Source: Octopus vulgaris (Eukaryota). Taken from it: DNA of 64,000 nucleotides. The stretch is from assembly GCA_951406725.2 (NCBI GenBank), contig OX597830.1:63550001-63614000 (forward strand), in the 5' to 3' direction. The translations under genes were made by a program, and so were the position numbers. This document shows, one piece after another, positions 56,651 to 64,000 of the stretch (positions are counted from its first letter, which is position 1; every line of letters starts with the position of its first letter). A model generated the notes under the pieces. The model saw only the letters and a program-made list of their open reading frames with translations. It made no database searches and had not been told where the DNA came from.

Positions 56651-57364
56651 GTATATATATGTGTATATATGTTTATGTATATATATATGATGTTGATGCC
56701 AATACAAGGTGGCAAGCTGGCAAAATCATCACCATGCTATACAAAATGCTTAGTAGCATTTCTTTATATCCTGAGTTCAAATGCTGCCATGGTTGATTTT
56801 GCCTTTGATCTTTTTGGGGTCAGTAAAATAAGTACCAGTGGAGCACTGGGGTCGAGCTAATTAATTTAGCCCCTCTCTGAAATTGCTAGTCTTGTGCCAA
56901 AATTTGAAACCTATGTATATATGTATATACATATATATATATATATATATATCCATAAAATAAGGATGAAAATCACATTAATGATAATTATCGGGTAGTC
57001 AGCATGGAAATAAGCAGTTTTTATAATAATCATATATATATATATATATAAACAAGTCAAATTGCGATAAAATAAAAATAATTATTATTGCTGGTATTTC
57101 TAGCACAAGCCATATATTTTTCATATATCAGTACATTAAGGCGAAATATGTGCTAGGAACACAGAAGCTAGATAAATTTAGTGAAATGAAGATAAAAACA
57201 TTTACTAACTCGGTTTCTCTTAGACTGCAGTTTCTTTCTTTTCAGCAATAAAGATAATTTATTTGCTCAGGGAGAATTCATTGGTAAGAGCCCTGTTGTT
57301 CTGAGATCCTAACTCACTAGAGGCATGTGCTTCTAATGATTTACTCTCTCTAACCATATATATA

Positions 57365-57413
<49 letters not shown>

Positions 57414-57421
<8 letters not shown>

Positions 57422-57548
57422 TTAAGGGAGAATATCAAAACAAGACTTATCTCCGCTATATAGAATTAATGTAACTTTGTAAAGCTTGGACATTAATTTA
57501 GTAAGGTGGAGATAAGTCTTGTTTTGACTTTCTCCCTTAAAATAATTA
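57414..57548. repeat. Fold-back element
   Basis: ttaagggagaatatcaaaacaagacttatctcc mirrors ggagataagtcttgttttgactttctcccttaa. Confidence 0.7.
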
Positions 57549-57559
57549 TATATATATAT

Positions 57560-58092
57560 AATCATTAATCTAATAAATACATATAATAACTGGCCCTTTT
57601 CGTCTATTCAGACGGTCAATTTAGCTTAGAGGTCACTTAATCGAACATATCAGGGGCTCCCCTTCTTGCATATCAGGGACTCCCCTTCTTTCATGGCTGA
57701 TCCTTCCTATGACTGAAGCGCAGCTTCTGTCACAGTACTTGTGTACCAAGAGGGTGGCTTGGCGCTCTGCATTTCTGTTGTTTTCCTTTCACTGCTGACC
57801 GTTTCTCAACTTGTTTGTTTCTGTAGCTGCTCTCCAGCAAAGCAGTTCCCTCCTTCACCACAGTCCTCCATGTTGTTCTGTCCTCAGCCCTCTCCTCCCA
57901 GGTGCTGGCATCCACCTCACACTTGGACAAACTAGTTTTGCAACTGTCCTTATACCTCAGTTTTGGTCTTCCTCTTGGCCTCTTGCCCTGGGCCAGTTCT
58001 CCATAGAGCAGTTGCTTTGGGATTCGATGGTCATCCATTCTCCTGACATGCCCCAGCCACCTCACTCTTCTCATACACAAGATAGCTGTCAT
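57560..58092 (-). mobile_element. RTE-clade LINE 3' fragment
   Basis: RRVRWLGHVRRMDDHRIPKQLLYGELAQGKRPRGRPKLRYKD is the RTE/BovB-type C-terminus. Confidence 0.88.
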
Positions 58093-58136
58093 GCTTTGAT
58101 ATACATATATATATATATATATACACACTCACACAC

Positions 58137-58618
58137 ACATACATACATACATACATACATACATACATACATACATACATACATACATACATACATACAT
58201 ACATACATACATACATACATACATACATACATACATACATACATACATACATACATACATACATACATACATACATACATACATACATACATACATACAT
58301 ACATACATACATACATACATACATACATACATACATACATACATACATACATACATACATACATACATACATACATACATACATACATACATACATACAT
58401 ACATACATACATACATACATACATACATACATACATACATACATACATACATACATACATACATACATACATACATACATACATACATACATACATACAT
58501 ACATACATACATACATACATACATACATACATACATACATACATACATACATACATACATACATACATACATACATACATACATACATACATACATACAT
58601 ACATACATACATACATAC
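58137..58618. repeat. Perfect (CATA)n tetranucleotide microsatellite, about 120 units
   Basis: Directly visible uninterrupted array. Confidence 0.98.
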
Positions 58619-58681
58619 AATTATGCTGGCCACTGATAAAATCATTTTAATGATTATATCCTTAATTTATACATACATACC

Positions 58682-58714
<33 letters not shown>

Positions 58715-60542
58715 ATATAAAAATATGCTTTGTTTTTAAACATGAAGGGTTTAAAAAAATTAACGATGATACAGTGTGGGGACTGAATAGAAATAAAAAC
58801 ATTGAGTAAAGAAAAAAAAAAATAGAAGTTGAAGAACTTGTATTGAATTCAGCTTGGTTGCTAACATTTCACTTTTGTTGCTATTGCTATCATCACAATT
58901 CCTCACTGCTCCACTCTTCAAAATGAAACCAAACAAATCTTTTGCTTCAAACCAAAAACTTTTCTTTATTTTATGTCAATAAGAACACTATTGCCGTTGT
59001 CCATAGATCTGCCTCTTTCTGAGATATGTTCATAAATTCCAGCGTTGTTTTATATAATAATTATTATGACATGCTATGTGGTATTTAGTTAGATACCTCT
59101 GTGTTCTGAGTTCAAATTTCCCTAAGGTTGACTTTGTCTTTTATTATTTTTTTTTCAGGGTTGGTCAAATTAAGTACCAGTTAAATACTGCTGTTGATAT
59201 AATTAACTATTGTCCTCCCCACCTCAGAATATGTGGCCTTGTAAAAACCATTAAAAATAAATTAAAATTAAAAAAAAAACCCCACAAGAAATCGTATTTT
59301 TATGACGTCAGATTCAATAGAGCATCGGATAAATTGCAATGTGATATTTAATTATATTCTGAGTTCTAACCCTGCCATGGTCAGCTTTGTCTTTCATCCC
59401 TCTGTGGTCAATACAATTGCTTACTTCCTCCTATCCCATTATTTATTATTATTATATCCTTTATCCCTCCTGGGTTGATTAAATAGTTTACCAGTCAAGT
59501 ACTGGGGTTGATAGCATCAACTAACACCCTCCCATCAAACTGATGAGTTTGTGTCTAAAACTTAAACCATCATCATCATCATCATTATTATTATTACTAC
59601 AAAATGCTTAGCAGTATTTTGCCCATCACTACGTTCTGAGTTCAAATTCTGCTGAGGTCGACCTTACCTTTCATCCTTTCGGGGTCAATAAAATAAATAG
59701 CAGTTGAACACTGGGGTCGATGTAATCGACTCATCCCCCCCCCCCCCCACCAAATTGAATTGCTGCTCTTGTGGCAAAATTTGAAACCATTATTAAGGTG
59801 GTGAGCCGGCATAATTGTTAGCATACCAGACAAAATGCATTGAGGCATTCTCATGGTTTTACATTTTGAGCTCAGGTTTCGCTGAGGTCGACTTTGCCTT
59901 TCATACTCTTGGAATCAGTAAAATAAAGTACCTGTCACATACTGGGGTCAATGTAATTGACCTCCTCCTCCTCCTCCTAAAAACTATTGGCCCTGTGCCA
60001 AAATTTGAAACCATTATTATTATTATTATTATTTTATTTATTTTTCCCACATTGTCACAAATTGCAGTATCCTGCATCAAAACATTTAAAGAAGAAATCC
60101 CATGTGCAGTGTTATTTAAATACATGCAGTCGTTAGCATGTTTTTATTGGTACAAATATACTGGTAAGAAGCTTGCTTCCCAACCACATGATTCTGGGTT
60201 CAGTCTCACTGCATGACACCTTGAACAAGTGTTTTCTAATATGGCTTGGGCCAACCAAAGCCTTGTGAGTGGATTTGGCAGAAAGAAACTTAAAGGAGCC
60301 TGTTATATATATATATATATATATATATTTGTATGTCTTTGTGTCTATGTTTGTTCCCCCACCATTGCTTGATAACCGATGCTGGTAAGTCCACATCCTT
60401 GTAACTTAGTGGTTCAGCAAAAGAGACCAATAGAATAAGCACTAGGCTTACAAAGAATAAGTCCCGAGGTCGATTTCTTTAACTTAAAAAACCCTTTACG
60501 GTGGTGCTCCAGCATGGCTGCAGTCAAATGACTGAAATGAAT

Positions 60543-60595
<53 letters not shown>

Positions 60596-60655
60596 TTGTT
60601 TTCCCCATGTTTGTATGAGTTGGGCAGAATTTCTATGGCTTAAGGCCCATATATA

Positions 60656-60693
<38 letters not shown>

Positions 60694-60969
60694 TACATAT
60701 ATATGTATATGTATGCATTCATTTTAAGCTGATCCTTCACTCCATGTCACGGCTTCGAGTTTTCCCAGTGTCTATCTTGTGTGCTAACTCAGGCATAAAC
60801 AAAGTCACGGATGCAGGAAACTCAGAGATAGTAAACCAAATCATCACTGAATGAATGGATGGTTAAATAAAGAAACTCTTCTACACTGTATACATTGAGT
60901 AAAACCTTCTCCCATTTTTACACCAATCCCTGCACACATACACTCACATTGGTGCATACATATATGCAT

Positions 60970-61003
<34 letters not shown>

Positions 61004-61198
61004 TTACATACACTGAAAAAAAGTAAGTGGAATATTCTGTTGGTTCTAACTAAATCTCCCAGTTATATTAACTGAATTCCCTCCTCATTGAATGATCATG
61101 TAGCTGGCTGAGTATTCCACAGACATGTACTCTTCATTGTTATATACTCATGAAAGTTTCAAGATGATTATTCATTAAGAACCACAAAAATTCTAAAC

Positions 61199-61241
<43 letters not shown>

Positions 61242-62358
61242 TATATGGGTGTATATACATATACACATGGATGTATATACTGATAAAAATTTTAATATGA
61301 CTATTCACAAGTACCATGACTATTGTAAATTAATTATTTTTTATATATACATGCGCATATGTGTATGTGTTTAGATATATATATATATATATACACGTGG
61401 ATGTATATTCTCAAAAAATTAGAAAGGGGGCTTGGCTGTGTGGTAAGAAGCTTGCTTCCCAACCACATGGTTCTGGGTTCAGTCCCACTGTGTGGAATCT
61501 TGGGCAAATGCCTTCTACTTCAGCCTTAGGCAGACAAAAGTCTTGTGAGTAGTAGAGGGAAACTGAAAGAAGCCCGTCGTATATATATGTATCTATTTCT
61601 GTGTCTGTGTTTGTCCCTCCACCATTGCTTGATAACCGTTGCTGGTGTGTTTACGTCCCCGTAACTTAACAGTTCGGCAAATGAGACCAATAGAATAAGT
61701 AATTGGCTTACAAAGAATAATTCCTGGGTCGATTTGCTCAGCTAAAGGCAGTGCTCCAGCATGGCCGCAGTAAAAAAAAAAATATATATGTACAGCAATC
61801 TCATGTGAGTGTATATACACATGTTGATGTATAGTCTCATTAAAATTCCAAGAGAACTTATTCATTAAGTACCACAGCTATTGTAAACTAATTTCATTAT
61901 TACATAATATTGATTGTTTATAAGAAAAAATACTGACAAATTAAAATACTTCATTTTGGAAAGAGAAATTGCAATTAAACTTTTGTTTTTCTTTTTTACA
62001 AGTTGTCTTATTTTATTTATTTACTTTCTTTCTTTCTTGGATTTGAATTCTCAATTAATTGAATAATTTGAAATCGTTACATGTCTTATTGTTGTTATAT
62101 TAATTGCAGTTCGGATTAGTTTTAGTGAAGCGGATTGGAGTAAGTGCATTGGATTGGTCACAGAGCAGTGAATTCGTCTTCGAGTGGCAGATTGTGCTTA
62201 CTGCAATAGATTCACAGAATTTGTAGAGGTTTGGACGAAAGAGCTTGCAGCAGTTATGGCCCTTCATCGTCTGTGCTCAAATAAGTCTTGCAGTAGTTAT
62301 GTCCCTTTATCGTCTCCACTCAAATAAGTCTTGCAGCTTGAGTAATAGGTATGGCTAT

Positions 62359-62740
62359 GTGGAGGCGCAATGGCCCAGTGGTTAGGGCAGCGGATTCGCG
62401 GTCGTAGGATCGCGGTTTCGATTCCCAGACCGGGCGTTGGGAGTGTTTATTGAGCGAAAACACCTAAAAGCTCCACGAGGCTCCGACAGGGGATGGTGGT
62501 GATCCCTGCTGTACTCTTTCACCACAACTTTCTCTCACTCTTACTTCCTGTTTCTGTTGTACCTGTATTTCAAAGGGCCGGTCTTGTCACTCTCTGTGAA
62601 TATCCCCGAGAACTACGTTAAGGGTACACGTGTCTGTGGAGTACTCAGCCACTTACACGTTAATTTCACGAGCAGACTGTTCCGTTGATTCGGATCAACC
62701 GGAACCCTCGTCGTCGTAACCGACGGAGTGCTTCCATTCC
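62359..62740 (+). mobile_element. Young full-length tRNA-derived SINE (third family) with 12-bp TSD
   Basis: A-box TGGCCCAGTGG and B-box GTTTCGATTCC, CpG-rich. TSD AGGTATGGCTAT at 62347-62358 and 62741-62752. Older copies near 16420 and 47770-48110. Confidence 0.88.
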
Positions 62741-63555
62741 AGGTATGGCTATTAATATCCGGAGAAAGGCGACGAGCTGGCAGAAACGTTAGCACGCCGA
62801 GCGAAATGCCTAGCCGTATTTTGTCTGCCGTTACATTCTGGGTTCAAATTCCGCCCAGGTCGACTTTGCCTTTCATCCTTTCGGGGTCGATAAATTAAGT
62901 CCCAGTTTGTCTGTCCTTGTTTGTCCTCTCTCTGTTTAGCCCCTTGTGGGTAGTAAAGAAATATATTAATATCAGGAGACAGTAAGGCGTTGAGCTGGCA
63001 GAATCGTGAGAGCGCCGAGGAAAACGCTTGGCGGCATTTCGTCTTTCTGCACGTTCTGGGTTCAAATTTCCTCTGAGGTCGACCTTGCCTTTCATCCTTT
63101 TGGGGATTGATGCTGGGGTCAATGTAATCAACTTGCAGGCTCCCCCCCAATTCCTAGTCTTCCACCAAAGTTTGAAACCAATATTAGGAGAAAGTAAGCT
63201 GGTGAGCTGGAAGAATAATTAATTACACACGGACTTTTACTTTTCATACTTTTGGGGTCGATAAAATAAGTACCAGTTGAGCAATGGGGTTGATGCCATC
63301 GACTTACCCGCTACCCAACAAATCTTGGTCTTGTGGCAAAATTCGAAACCAATATTAGGAGAAAGTAAGACGGTGGTGAGCTAGCAGAAACGTTAGCATG
63401 CCCTTTGTTCTCAGTTGCAGATTTAAGAAGGAATCAAACCTAATTTAATTAAACCAAGGGAAATAACTCTTTGCATCTGCCGAAAAAAAAAATTACTGCA
63501 AAATACAACTCTAAAAATAATCCTGTAGGAAGAGTTTTGGGAAAGATATTAAATA

Positions 63556-63856
63556 CTAGCAGTATCGCCCGGCGTTGCTCGGGTTTGTAAGGGAAATAAC
63601 TATATAAGCATATTTAGAGAGTTACTTCCCTTATATAATAGCAAAAAATGTATTAAAAATGGGAAAAAATGATGGTAAATTTTTTTAAAATCGTAGACTC
63701 ATCGTAGACGCGCGCTAATACCCAGAAGGGCTCGATATGAATCACGACTATAAGATACCCGGTTTTGGTTACACTGCACCGCAAAATGTAGGAGTAGTTA
63801 AGAATCTAAATCGAAGGTGACAGACACTCACACAACTACAGTTTTATATATATAGA
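63556..63856 (-). mobile_element. Non-autonomous Helitron (same family as 45448-45841)
   Basis: Reverse-complement homolog with the same hairpin and CTAG end, lacking one internal duplication. Confidence 0.85.
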
Positions 63857-64000
63857 TATTTTGACTAGAATTTAAAAAAGCAGAAGAATTCTTGGAACAT
63901 TTATTGTTCAGTTAGGCATTTACAGAATATCGAAGTAAAAAAACCCAGATCGTTAGAGAAGTATTCATGTAAGTCGCTAGAGTTGTTTTAGTTTATTTTC

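Noticed and set aside
57198-57290. Possible hammerhead on - strand (CCAATGA...GAAACCGAGTT)
   Set aside because: The core is degenerate and the stem I register is inconsistent.

Overview
AT-rich, repeat-saturated animal genomic DNA. The SINE repertoire and microsatellite load suggest an octopus or other coleoid cephalopod (inference). The only well-supported gene is a + strand PH-RhoGAP-coiled-coil gene of the ARHGAP22/24/25 type. Its four coding exons are 20635/20660-20888, 22518-22643, 37229-37364 and 48399-49563, all GT-AG and frame-consistent, giving 551 aa from the first ATG. Nearly all other ORFs in the track are microsatellite or repeat artefacts. The rest of the window is tRNA-derived SINEs, LINE fragments (R4/Dong, CR1-like, RTE), Tc1/maT and MITE relics, three non-autonomous Helitrons and several minisatellites. 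The most striking unannotated signal is about a dozen type I hammerhead ribozyme motifs from at least 9 sequence-unrelated families. Many sit inside asymmetric fold-back (inverted-repeat plus tail) elements typical of non-autonomous Penelope-like retroelements, and one such element has back-to-back tRNA-like Pol III heads. All structures were folded by eye and none was tested.
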